The translations under genes and the position numbers were made by a program. The notes under the pieces are model-generated. The model had not been told where the DNA came from and searched no databases. It worked only from the letters and a program-made list of their open reading frames with translations. DNA of 64,000 nt from an uncultured Flavobacteriaceae bacterium (GTDB lineage Bacteria > Bacteroidota > Bacteroidia > Flavobacteriales > Flavobacteriaceae). Shown piece by piece: positions 37,431 through 47,101 of this stretch. The stretch spans positions 8,173 through 72,172 of the forward strand of contig CAYZJT010000012.1 of NCBI GenBank assembly GCA_964478845.1. Reading direction: 5' to 3'. Position 1 is the first letter of the stretch. Every line of letters starts with the position of its first letter.

Positions 37431-38934
37431 GATGGGTCAGCGGAATTCTGTCAGAGATGAGCGAGTTAATAAATTTTTGTTCAGCATTGTTTAATTGGAA
37501 GTACTGGCACAATTGTTCATCATTCCACGATTTACTCAAATCGACTGCTGGAACGTAGTCATATACTTTGCGCGTGGCGTGCTGCGTGTTTTTGCGCAAC
37601 GTTAGCATGAAATGGAAAAACTTAGTGTTGATGTAACTAATGGCGTTTTGAGCTTCAGCCTTTGAGTCAAAAGGCCCGATGACAAGATAGGTTTCTGTGC
37701 AAGCTGTGCCTGGCGGTGCGAGAATAGGCTTTAGCACATCGGTTTTGGGATTGCCAGAGCCTACGGCATAAGGAACAAGCACTTTGTATTTGCTGATCCA
37801 GTCTGCGTTTTTAAAAATACAATTTGGGTCCGTGTACAGGATTTTATGGTTTGCGTAGATTTTAATTTGGTCAGCATTTTCTCGCTCTGTCGATGCTTGA
37901 AAATTTGTTGCCAGACCAAAAGGTTTTCTGATGCTTACGCTTTCGCGAAAGCTTCCCAACCCCATCTCCTCAACTTTTTCCAAAATCGGTAATGCCAGAT
38001 TGTAGCGTATAAAGATGTCGCGACCAGGCTCCAGCAAAAACCGATTTGCCGTGTTACGTGATCCATTACTATCCACGCTGGTGAACTTGCAAGGCCCGTC
38101 ATGATTTTTATCCCAGAGAAAATAGCAGACTCCGCCTTTGATCTCCACTTCGGGAAAACAATGACGGGCGTTGTGGAAGTCGACCAATTCTTTGAGTCGG
38201 GTGTCGCCCAGCATTTCTTCCCTGAAACCATCCAGCCCTTTACCACTCGTAAACCACCGTGACGGAATAATCAATGAAATGAATTGCGGCTTCAATACAA
38301 CTGCTTGCCTGTGGAACAAGTGATAGATCGGTATGGCGCTGGCGGCTGCGCCGCCGTCGCTTTGCTGGTAAGGTGGATTGCCTACTACGGCATGAAAGAA
38401 TCCTGTTTCAGCACTAGCGGATTGTAGTCTCTCGAGGCTGTGACTGTATTCAATCTTGCTGCCATTCCAACTACAAAACTCAATGGAACCACCAGTCGTA
38501 AAATCCTTATCAGCCAGCGCGTCACCGTGGATAATGTTTTTCCTGAGAATAAAGTTTATATACTTGAGCAAAGCAGCGTCCGATTGCCTCCCGATGCTCA
38601 ATTCAAAAAAATCAGTACACATCTCCAGCAGCCGATTCCTGCTCTCAGCCACGTTATCTTCTTTGATATCGATGGCGTAGATGCTGGCGACTGACTTTAG
38701 AGTGCTGTTGCTGAGATTTTGATTAAGTTCAAAATTACTTTTTACTCTCTCGAACTTGCGACGCAGGATCTCCACCAGAAAATTCCCCGTCCCGCAGGCA
38801 GGCTCAAAAAACCGTTTCTCTATTTCATAACTGGAAGCTGGTAGTAAATCCAGCATCGCATTCACCTCTCTGGGTGCGGTAAATACCTCGCCGTGGTTTG
38901 CGATGCGTTTGCGGGATTTGATTTGGCTAATCAT
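37423..38934 (-). CDS. N6-adenine DNA methyltransferase (Eco57I-like / type IIG-like)
   Basis: HGEVFT, EPACGTGNFL (motif I), GNPPY (motif IV), IIPSRW and Eco57I-like C-terminal region. Confidence 0.85.
   Translation of the reverse strand: MISQIKSRKRIANHGEVFTAPREVNAMLDLLPASSYEIEKRFFEPACGTGNFLVEILRRKFERVKSNFELNQNLSNSTLKSVASIYAIDIKEDNVAESRNRLLEMCTDFFELSIGRQSDAALLKYINFILRKNIIHGDALADKDFTTGGSIEFCSWNGSKIEYSHSLERLQSASAETGFFHAVVGNPPYQQSDGGAAASAIPIYHLFHRQAVVLKPQFISLIIPSRWFTSGKGLDGFREEMLGDTRLKELVDFHNARHCFPEVEIKGGVCYFLWDKNHDGPCKFTSVDSNGSRNTANRFLLEPGRDIFIRYNLALPILEKVEEMGLGSFRESVSIRKPFGLATNFQASTERENADQIKIYANHKILYTDPNCIFKNADWISKYKVLVPYAVGSGNPKTDVLKPILAPPGTACTETYLVIGPFDSKAEAQNAISYINTKFFHFMLTLRKNTQHATRKVYDYVPAVDLSKSWNDEQLCQYFQLNNAEQKFINSLISDRIPLTHHG
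37939..37952. repeat. Palindrome copy inside the methyltransferase (FRES frame)
   Basis: Exact 14-mer. Confidence 0.95.
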
Positions 38935-39409
38935 TCAGGTCTAGGATTTCTTTCCATCGATCTGACTCTGCGTATTCTTTAAGTACTTTGTTTCTCTGTA
39001 GCAGGAAACTTCTCATGTAGTTCTTGAGAAATAACACATCTGCTAATCTTCCTAGCATTCCTAAAGGTGATTTATAGATAAAGACATCTCTCATTTCAGT
39101 ACCATCTTTTCCTTCCGCAAAATGATGCTCGTGCCGAAAACTGTGAAAGGCGCCCTTTTGCATTTCATCAGCAAACAAAACGGGTCGTATTACGTCAGTA
39201 ACTTTTGAAGTCAATGTTTGGGTTATGCCTAGGTGTTTAGCTCGCCATGTAACGGTCTCACCTAAATCAATTAATCCTTGCGTTTTTCCAGCAATGGCTT
39301 TTTCATTTGTGTTTGCCATGGATACCTCGTGCAATTCAATACTGCGTGACAAGTCAAAAACCAACTCAATGGGTGCATGAATTACTGTTGTAAGATCTAT
39401 TCTAGGCAT
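38927..39409 (-). CDS. SRPBCC family protein
   Basis: IHAPIELVFDLSR..H, VTWRAKHLG and HEHHF. Confidence 0.85.
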   Translation of the reverse strand: MPRIDLTTVIHAPIELVFDLSRSIELHEVSMANTNEKAIAGKTQGLIDLGETVTWRAKHLGITQTLTSKVTDVIRPVLFADEMQKGAFHSFRHEHHFAEGKDGTEMRDVFIYKSPLGMLGRLADVLFLKNYMRSFLLQRNKVLKEYAESDRWKEILDLND

Positions 39410-39420
39410 AGTGAGGTTAC

Positions 39421-42294
39421 TTACTCTACCACCAACTCTCGCTCAACCGAAGTCTTTCCCTTACTCAATCTGACCGTGTATTCACCTTCTGGTAAATAAT
39501 AAGATCCATTATCAGCCTTTTTAGGCTTGCTGTCTTTATCAAAACGTTTCAATCCTTTCTTGCTGATTGTTCCCTTGTATTCAAAGAAGTTCAATCCCTT
39601 GTCTGCATTAGTTTCCTCGCTGTATACCTCTTTTCCATCGGCATTCAATACACTTATTTCTACTTCTCCCGCCATGTTTGAATGAAACGCGATCTCAATG
39701 CTTGGCTCGTAGTATTCCTTGCTCCATGTGCGCTTGCTGCCGTAGGAATCTGAACTTTTGATCTTGTCAATCTCAAGCATTTTCAAAGTCGGATGATCTT
39801 TTCCTGCCGCCATGAATTCATCCTGTTTGGTTTTCGCCATGAGCGATATCGCATCAAGATTTACCCTGTAAATACTTCTACCGTGCGTGCCGACCAACAA
39901 ATCATTTGCCTCTGGTTGAATCTTTAAATCATGAACAGCTACAGGCGGCATTCCGTTGTTGAGTAGACTCAGTTTTGCGCCATCATGGATATAAGTTCCG
40001 TTATCTGTACCAATAAACACATTGTTTGAATTTTTAGGATCCTCAATGATTACGTTGACAGAACTAGTAGGAATCGCTGATCCTATATTTTCCCACGTCT
40101 GACCGTAATCGGTGCTTCTGAAAACGTAGGGCGTAAAATCATCCCAGCGGTAGCCATTCAAGGTGACGTAAATTGTACCCTCATCGTGCTGCGATGCCAC
40201 CACGCGACTTACCCAAAGGTTTTCTGGCCAGTTGCCTTTCAGTTTTTTCCAACTTGCACCGCCATCACGGGTCATTTGGACTAATCCGTCATCTGTCCCC
40301 ACGTAGATAAGCCCAAATTGAAATGGCGACTCGCTGATGGTCGTGATCGTACCGTAGGCTACATTTCCGTCTTTCGGACCTTGCGTCAAGTCGGGTGAGA
40401 TGGCCGTCCAATCATCGCCCTGATTCATGGACCGATGCAGTTTGTTCCCAGCTAGATACAGAATGTCCTGATTGTGCGAACTCAGCAAAATCGGGGTTTG
40501 CCAATTGAAACGGTAGGGGATCTCGCCTAGTTCATGTTTTGGCTGAATGTATTTATTGTCACCTGTCTCACGATTGAGTCGATAGTAGTTTCCAAACTGG
40601 TAGCCCGTATAAACGATATCGCTGTTGCGGCTGTCGACCTGAATCTGCATTCCATCACCGCCCATGATAAAGTCCCATGGATACTGCCCATTCTGTCTCC
40701 AGCCGTAATCCTCGCGTGCATTATGAGCACCTACCCAAACACCATTGTCCTGCAGCCCACCATACACATTGTACGGCTCTTCCATATCGTAATTGATGGC
40801 GTAGAACTGTCCCACACGTGGCGTGTTGTTTTTAATCCAAGTCTCACCATCGTCGTAGGAAATGTTGAGTCCGCCATCGTTCCCGTTAATGATGTGCCCG
40901 CGCTTGTCAGGATTGATCCAAAGCGCGTGATGGTCTGCGTGAACATTCTCGCGCGAGATGCTGGTAAACGTCTTTCCGCCATCGGCTGACATGACGATGG
41001 GTACGCCCATTACGTACACATGGTTTTTATCGCTGGGATCCACTCGCACCTGAGCAAAATAATATCCGTAGCTGTAGAATAGATCGTCGATTTGTTTCTC
41101 GTGTGTTTTCTTCCAGCTTTTCCCGCCATCGTCAGAGCGATAAAGTTCGGCGCCTTTTACGGGCGTGTCAAACAGTTGCGTGTTGGCTGTTTCAAGATAT
41201 TTGGTAACATCGGCTGGGGTGGCGTCGCCTGCGCGCACCATGTTTTTGATGTTTTGTGCGCGGTATTTTTCTTGAAAACCGTTGCGTTTCAGGAATGCGT
41301 TTAGCTTTTTATCATCCAAGGCCAGAAAATCCTCCTTGCTCATGGCTTTGAAATCATTTTTGTTGAGGTCGTCGTTATCCGCTTTCGCGAAAGCGGAATC
41401 ATCCTTATCCCTACGAAACTGGGAATCATGAATCGCATAAATGGTGTTGCTGTCGTAGATCGCGAGGCCTATGCGCCCCACGCCGTCACCTGTGGGAAAA
41501 CCGCTGCCCTCAATGCTGATCTTCTCCCAGCTCTGCCCAGCATCCATGCTTTTGTATATGGCGCTGTTTGTGCCGCTTCCGCGAAAATTCCATGCCTTCC
41601 TGTCCTTGTCCCAGCTCGTGGCGTACATGGTGTTGAAATCATCAGGGACCATGGCGAGGTCGATAAAACCAGTTCCAGCAGGCGCTGATTGGGTTTTTTG
41701 CCAGTTCTCGCCGCCATCTTTGGTAATGTAGATCCCGCTAGACTGGCCGATGCTATAAAGTGGGCCGGTTACCGCAACCGCCACATGATCTGGATTTTCT
41801 GGATTGATCAAAATGCGCCCGATGTGGTGGGCATCAGTCAGCATGGGTTCACTCCAGCTTTTACCCCAATCTGCAGATTTTAAAATACCGATGCCGGCAT
41901 AACTGCTGCGTGATGAGTTGTTTTCACCAGTCCCCGCCCAGATGGTCTTGCTTTTCCAGTCCACAGCGATGTCACCCAGATTGACCGTGGGCGCGTTGTC
42001 CATGATGGGTTCAAAACTCGTCCCGTTATTTTGAGTATGGAAGAGTCCACCGCTAGCGTAAGCGACAAGCATTTCGGTAGGATCAGCGGGATTCACATCT
42101 ACATCTACTACGCGTCCAGACATGATGCTAGGTCCGATGTTTTCAAATTTTAGATTTTTAAGAAGAGATGATTTCTCCATCTCTGCTCTTTTCTCAAGCC
42201 CATCGATTATCTCACTTGCGGGTGTGGCAGGCGGGACTTGGGCCAAAGACAAAAAAGGAAGCAGTAAAAGAAGATTGGAAAAGATCGTTTTCAT
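39421..42294 (-). CDS. Secreted BNR/Asp-box (VPS10-like) beta-propeller glycosyl hydrolase-like protein
   Basis: Signal peptide; repeated SxDxGxTW Asp-boxes; C-terminal FlgD-like domain. Confidence 0.85.
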   Translation of the reverse strand: MKTIFSNLLLLLPFLSLAQVPPATPASEIIDGLEKRAEMEKSSLLKNLKFENIGPSIMSGRVVDVDVNPADPTEMLVAYASGGLFHTQNNGTSFEPIMDNAPTVNLGDIAVDWKSKTIWAGTGENNSSRSSYAGIGILKSADWGKSWSEPMLTDAHHIGRILINPENPDHVAVAVTGPLYSIGQSSGIYITKDGGENWQKTQSAPAGTGFIDLAMVPDDFNTMYATSWDKDRKAWNFRGSGTNSAIYKSMDAGQSWEKISIEGSGFPTGDGVGRIGLAIYDSNTIYAIHDSQFRRDKDDSAFAKADNDDLNKNDFKAMSKEDFLALDDKKLNAFLKRNGFQEKYRAQNIKNMVRAGDATPADVTKYLETANTQLFDTPVKGAELYRSDDGGKSWKKTHEKQIDDLFYSYGYYFAQVRVDPSDKNHVYVMGVPIVMSADGGKTFTSISRENVHADHHALWINPDKRGHIINGNDGGLNISYDDGETWIKNNTPRVGQFYAINYDMEEPYNVYGGLQDNGVWVGAHNAREDYGWRQNGQYPWDFIMGGDGMQIQVDSRNSDIVYTGYQFGNYYRLNRETGDNKYIQPKHELGEIPYRFNWQTPILLSSHNQDILYLAGNKLHRSMNQGDDWTAISPDLTQGPKDGNVAYGTITTISESPFQFGLIYVGTDDGLVQMTRDGGASWKKLKGNWPENLWVSRVVASQHDEGTIYVTLNGYRWDDFTPYVFRSTDYGQTWENIGSAIPTSSVNVIIEDPKNSNNVFIGTDNGTYIHDGAKLSLLNNGMPPVAVHDLKIQPEANDLLVGTHGRSIYRVNLDAISLMAKTKQDEFMAAGKDHPTLKMLEIDKIKSSDSYGSKRTWSKEYYEPSIEIAFHSNMAGEVEISVLNADGKEVYSEETNADKGLNFFEYKGTISKKGLKRFDKDSKPKKADNGSYYLPEGEYTVRLSKGKTSVERELVVE
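41381..41394. repeat. Palindrome copy inside the BNR protein (AFAKA frame)
   Basis: Exact 14-mer, extended by TCC/GGA flanks. Confidence 0.95.
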
Positions 42295-42470
42295 GGGGCA
42301 ATTCTATAAGCGAGGCTCAAGATAGGGTAGGATTTTGAGATCTGTGAAAATGTGCTGTAAATGAATTTTTTTTGCTTTTTCTAAATCTGCCAGTCCAGTT
42401 TCATCAAACAGGAGCGAAGTCATCAAGATTGATTGAGAATTTAAAGCTCACTAAACCTTAACTTTGGATA

Positions 42471-42818
42471 ATGGCTTATTCGAAAAACCATGTTATTCTT
42501 GAAAAGATTTTAAAGTCTATTGAAAAAATAGAACGTTATCTGCATGGCAAATCTTATGAGGAGTTTTTAGCGGATGATACTCTTACTGATGCTTTGAAAC
42601 TTCATGTTTTTCTTATCACCGAGCAGATGGGTTTTCTGGATAATAAATCCAAACAAGATTACCTGCAAATAGATTGTCCTGGGCTAAAGTCTACTGGTGA
42701 CAAATTGGCCAACGATGCTAATTCAGTGGATAATGAGATGATATTTTACTCTTGTGCTCCCAATTTTTCGCGGTTGAAGCACCAAATTCAAGAATTTCTG
42801 AATGCAGAACTCAATTAA
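42471..42818 (+). CDS. HepT-like (DUF86/HEPN) protein, orphan and degenerate
   Basis: ILKSIEKIERY..GKSYEEF..D....DA N-terminus; the RxxxxH motif is absent. Confidence 0.6.
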   Translation: MAYSKNHVILEKILKSIEKIERYLHGKSYEEFLADDTLTDALKLHVFLITEQMGFLDNKSKQDYLQIDCPGLKSTGDKLANDANSVDNEMIFYSCAPNFSRLKHQIQEFLNAELN

Positions 42819-43509
42819 TAACCCCTACCTCAACGGCCGCGTCCTCCTATTTGACAAACCGCTCAACTGGACTTCTTTCCAGCTGGTGAATAAAGTCAGG
42901 TGGCTGATAAGAAAACAATACAACATCAAAAAAATCAAGGTAGGTCACGCGGGCACGCTCGACCCGCTGGCGACTGGTTTGATGATCATCTGTACGGGTA
43001 AGGAAACCAAAAACATTCAATCCTATCAGGCGCAACACAAAGAATATACTGGCACCATAACGCTAGGCGCAACTACACCCAGTTACGATTTGGAAACTGA
43101 AATAGATCAGCGATTTGATATTTCTGATTTGACAGAAGAAAAATTACGGTCTGCTACAAATCATTTTAAAGGAAAGATTGATCAGAAACCGCCGATTTTC
43201 TCAGCAATAAAAAAAGAAGGCAAGCGCCTGTATGAGATAGCACGCGAGGGCGGCACGACCGAAATCAAATCTCGACCTGTTGAAGTTATGGAATTTGATT
43301 TAACCCGAATCGACTTGCCAAAAGTCGATTTTAAAATCCAATGCAGCAAAGGAACCTATATCCGATCGATGGCGCATGATTTTGGCGAGGCCTTAAACAA
43401 CGGTGGGCATTTGTCTGCACTGCGTCGTACTGCCATCGGTGAGTACAGGGTTGAAAATGCGTTGACTATAAAAGAGTTTGAGAGTCAGTTATCATTAGAT
43501 TTTAGCTGA
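42802..43509 (+). CDS. truB: tRNA pseudouridine(55) synthase
   Basis: KVGHAGTLDPLATG, QKPPIFSAIK and CSKGTYIRS. Confidence 0.96.
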   Translation: MQNSINNPYLNGRVLLFDKPLNWTSFQLVNKVRWLIRKQYNIKKIKVGHAGTLDPLATGLMIICTGKETKNIQSYQAQHKEYTGTITLGATTPSYDLETEIDQRFDISDLTEEKLRSATNHFKGKIDQKPPIFSAIKKEGKRLYEIAREGGTTEIKSRPVEVMEFDLTRIDLPKVDFKIQCSKGTYIRSMAHDFGEALNNGGHLSALRRTAIGEYRVENALTIKEFESQLSLDFS

Positions 43510-44104
43510 TCAATTTCAACATAGCTACCAGATTATTTATTGTGGTCCTGCCTTTATCCTTGTTGTACCAATTTTGAAGTTCCTGTTTGAAATCTTGGCT
43601 TAGGCTTCCCTTTTCCTTTTTTTCTCGATTTACAAGTGCTGTGGCGATGGATGGCCTAGGTCCCCAGCTGGTAATGGGTTCAAGTGTATTCTTATCCAGG
43701 ACAATTAGCTTGGCAATGGATTTATTGCCGTTAGTCAAGAAGGCGTTCATCAATTCTTCGTTCTCGTCCCTCAGTACCAGTCGATGCTCAATTCCAGCCA
43801 GTTTAGCCACTTTTTCAATCACGGGAACAGTTTGCGCCGCGTCGCCACACCAGCTTTCGGTAATTGTTAGAAATTTGACTGATTTGTCAAACTGACTCAA
43901 AAATTCTCTGGCATCGTCCGAAACCTTTACTGTTTTGTCCAATCGTTTCATGCGCTGGTGATTCAGCGCGGTGTATGCGGCTAGATCCTCGGTGACCTCA
44001 TTTCCTGTGTTGGAATTGTTGGCCACATGGCTTTCAACCAGCACTCTGTACTGTAGGTAGGGGATTGAATTTTCTAGGGCTTTTTTGATGATGGACGATA
44101 CCAT
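43502..44104 (-). CDS. Thioredoxin-family protein
   Basis: ITESWCGDAAQ and LTNGNKSIAKLI; WGPRP. Confidence 0.85.
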   Translation of the reverse strand: MVSSIIKKALENSIPYLQYRVLVESHVANNSNTGNEVTEDLAAYTALNHQRMKRLDKTVKVSDDAREFLSQFDKSVKFLTITESWCGDAAQTVPVIEKVAKLAGIEHRLVLRDENEELMNAFLTNGNKSIAKLIVLDKNTLEPITSWGPRPSIATALVNREKKEKGSLSQDFKQELQNWYNKDKGRTTINNLVAMLKLIS

Positions 44105-44177
44105 TGCATTGAATTTCTGGTCCAAAGGTAGAAGAGTTGCTCATGAGCGACTGTAACAAAAAGCACAAAAGCTAGTT

Positions 44178-45983
44178 CTACTTATCTACGATTCCCATCT
44201 TTCTAAGCAAAAAGCTGGCATTCATATTTGTTGCAACGCCAGCTTTCATGGTATAGTCAAAAGTGAGCTCGTCGTTAGTGATGTCGGCATCAAAATAATA
44301 ATTGCTGATCTGCTCAAATTCATCGGCGACCTCGGTCAGGCTTAAGTCGTGTGTTGCGATGATGCCGGTTGCACGCTTTCGCGAAAGCTTCTCTATCAAC
44401 TCCCTACTGCCATTTGCCTTGTCCTGACTGTTTGTGCCTTTTAAAATTTCATCTAAGACAATGAAGTAAGGTTGCTCTTCAATCCTGTCGATAATGAATT
44501 TCAATCGGGACAGTTCGCTAAAGAAATAGGATGCTTCATCGCTTAGAGAATCACTCGTGCGCATGCTAGTAATGAGGTGAATGGGGGTGTACTGAACATT
44601 TTTGGCGCAAATAGGCAGTCCGATGTTTGATAGCACAATCTGAGTCGAAACCGTACGCAGAAACGTGCTCTTGCCAGCCATGTTAGCACCCGTGATGATA
44701 AAGAACTCACCTCGATCAATTTCAATGGTATTTCCCACCGCTTTTGCCGGATCCAGCAATAAATGATAGGCATTCTGGGCCTGAAATGTGAATTCACCAT
44801 CTTTAAGTCCTGCGTAAGTGTGATCTGGGTGGTTGAAAGCGTGATTTCCGCAAGTTTGTAAAGCCTCGAAATGCGCAACAGCACTTAGCCAGAGCGGCAC
44901 CGATTCCCTATTTTGCTCTAGCCATTGTTCAATCTTTCTGCATTGGTAGAGATCCCAAAGTCCGAGTCCATTAGCCAGTACGCCAAAAAGCATGTTGTTA
45001 CGCTGATCCAGTTTCCCTATCAGCTTACCCAGTTTTGTCAGTCGATGGGAAACAGGCGAGCCATCCTCTAGCAATACTTTTTTAAGATTAACATTTAGCG
45101 AAGCAACAAAATCTTCTTGCTCAATGGCTGCGATCAACTTCCCATACTGTGCAAAAAATTGCTCAAGTTCAGTCACCTGCGCGCTGAATGCGTTGATTTG
45201 TTTTAAGTATTTACCCGTAATAGCGAGTCCCAGAAAAAATCCTGCACCTACCCAGAATCCGGAGATCAGATCAGATGCGTAAAGCGCAATCAACGTAGCG
45301 TTGATCGCTAGAACAATAAATGACAGGTAGTCAAAAACCTTCGGCACAAAATCTTGATAACCAAGTGCCCAGATTTTTACCACAGTAGCTTTATCTGTTT
45401 TCCCAATCTGACTTGCGCTAGCTCTAAAGTCATGCCTGTAATCTGTTTTCCCAGCGAGTTCCTGTATAGCTTCCTGCCGTAGTTTCACATTTTCAGCATT
45501 CAGCGGAATATTCTGCCCGCGCAGATCCTTGAATTCGTTGTTAAGTAACGAAGCAAATTGGCGTGCGCCATCTGCGGTTTGAGTTCGATTGATGTATTGA
45601 TAGATCGATCCCACGCCGAATAAATCAATGTCGTGGCTGTATTCGTGACTTGGATCACTAAACTCGGCACCATCAGGTAGGTGATGAAATTTTCTTGCCA
45701 GTAAATTGATTTCTGTTTCTTGAATGCCAGTGAGCGCTGCGAGGTGATCCCTACGTTTTTTCAAGCCCTCATGGTGGCTCACTAGCAATAGAAAAATCAC
45801 TAATCCCACAAACCCAGCAACACCAGCCCACCAGCCGTAGGGCCAGAGAAAATAGATACTTGCTGCCGCAGCGAGAAACACCAGCAACCTGATCAGGCTG
45901 GATCGCCTGAGCAGCGCACGCTGATGGTCAAATTGCTTTTGGAATTGCTCTTTCCTTTTGGTGTAAAATTGATTGAGATCCAT
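44178..45983 (-). CDS. Membrane-anchored MutS-related ATPase (domain V only)
   Basis: N-terminal TM helices, ITGANMAGKSTFLR, LDEILKGTN and ATHDL. Confidence 0.88.
   Translation of the reverse strand: MDLNQFYTKRKEQFQKQFDHQRALLRRSSLIRLLVFLAAAASIYFLWPYGWWAGVAGFVGLVIFLLLVSHHEGLKKRRDHLAALTGIQETEINLLARKFHHLPDGAEFSDPSHEYSHDIDLFGVGSIYQYINRTQTADGARQFASLLNNEFKDLRGQNIPLNAENVKLRQEAIQELAGKTDYRHDFRASASQIGKTDKATVVKIWALGYQDFVPKVFDYLSFIVLAINATLIALYASDLISGFWVGAGFFLGLAITGKYLKQINAFSAQVTELEQFFAQYGKLIAAIEQEDFVASLNVNLKKVLLEDGSPVSHRLTKLGKLIGKLDQRNNMLFGVLANGLGLWDLYQCRKIEQWLEQNRESVPLWLSAVAHFEALQTCGNHAFNHPDHTYAGLKDGEFTFQAQNAYHLLLDPAKAVGNTIEIDRGEFFIITGANMAGKSTFLRTVSTQIVLSNIGLPICAKNVQYTPIHLITSMRTSDSLSDEASYFFSELSRLKFIIDRIEEQPYFIVLDEILKGTNSQDKANGSRELIEKLSRKRATGIIATHDLSLTEVADEFEQISNYYFDADITNDELTFDYTMKAGVATNMNASFLLRKMGIVDK
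44375..44388. repeat. Palindrome copy inside the MutS-related gene (LSRK frame)
   Basis: Exact 14-mer. Confidence 0.95.
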
Positions 45984-46351
45984 TAAAGCGTTTCAAGTTT
46001 TAGGCGATCTTTTTTCGGTAGGCTTTTGACGATAAGGTCGTAGCTATGGTCGATCCAATGCATGATTTGCTTTTGGTCGAGCGTCCCGTCAATGTAAATA
46101 GAATTCCAATGCTTCTTGCTCATGTGATAGGCGCCTTTTATCGTCTCGGGATATTCCTCACGCAGCTCAATCGCTTTTTCTGGATCGCATTTTACATTAA
46201 TGTAGGGCTCATTCTTTTCCCAAGTGCTCAATCCGGTCAGCAGAAACATCTTATTTATGACTTTGAATACGAGCACATCCTCATCAAATGGGAAGTGTGC
46301 GGTAACGCCTTTCTTGTTTTCGCAATAGTCCTGAATAAATGCGAGGTCCAT
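45983..46351 (-). CDS. MmcQ/YjbR family DNA-binding protein
   Basis: FPFDEDVLVFKV..KMF, NVKCDPE, YHMSKKHWN. Confidence 0.9.
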   Translation of the reverse strand: MDLAFIQDYCENKKGVTAHFPFDEDVLVFKVINKMFLLTGLSTWEKNEPYINVKCDPEKAIELREEYPETIKGAYHMSKKHWNSIYIDGTLDQKQIMHWIDHSYDLIVKSLPKKDRLKLETL

Positions 46352-46488
46352 GGTGGAATTTTACCTCGCAAAAGTAAGTCACCGCTCTAAGGCTGATTGT
46401 TCCAAAATCTACGCAGGCATTTTTGTAAGGATCGGCTTAACGATTGTCAATTTGACAAGCTTTTATCTTTGCGTCAAATCAAGTACAC

Positions 46489-47097
46489 ATGTTTGCACAG
46501 CACGCCACCGAAATATTCAAGCAAGTAATCGCAGATTATCACGAGATCGATAGCGTGGATCAGGAGTTCACAAACCCCTATGATCGCGAGGATAATTTGC
46601 TGGATCATTTGCTGTACCGCAAGGCGTGGATTGACACCGTGCAATGGCATTACGAGGACATCATTAGGGATCCGCAGATCGATCCCGTGGCCGCACTTAA
46701 ACTGAAGCGCCAGATCGATGCCAGCAATCAGGACCGTACCGACATGGTGGAATACATCGACAGCTATTTCCTTGACAAATACAAGGAAGTTCAGGTGCAG
46801 AAAGGCGCAACCATCAATACTGAAAGCCCAGCATGGGCGGTCGACCGTCTTTCCATTCTGGAATTGAAGATCTACCACATGCAAGAGGAGGCCACCCGCC
46901 GCGATGCATCCCAGACCCATCAGGCCAAATGCACCAATAAACTCACCGTCCTACTTGAACAGCGCAAGGATCTGTCTACCGCGCTCAATCAGCTGCTCAA
47001 GGACATTGAAGAAGGCCGCAAATACATGAAAGTCTATAAACAGATGAAGATGTATAACGACGACGAGCTCAACCCAGTCCTGCGCAACCAGAAATAA
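46489..47097 (+). CDS. DUF4254 family protein
   Basis: WIDTVQWHYEDIIR, NQDRTD and NTESPAWAVDRLSIL. Confidence 0.88.
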   Translation: MFAQHATEIFKQVIADYHEIDSVDQEFTNPYDREDNLLDHLLYRKAWIDTVQWHYEDIIRDPQIDPVAALKLKRQIDASNQDRTDMVEYIDSYFLDKYKEVQVQKGATINTESPAWAVDRLSILELKIYHMQEEATRRDASQTHQAKCTNKLTVLLEQRKDLSTALNQLLKDIEEGRKYMKVYKQMKMYNDDELNPVLRNQK

Positions 47098-47101
47098 GTC
47101 A

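Noticed and set aside
37423-38934. The methyltransferase as the enzyme that recognises the palindrome
   Set aside because: Nothing in the sequence links them beyond the copy inside the gene; specificity cannot be read from sequence, so only a methylome could test it.
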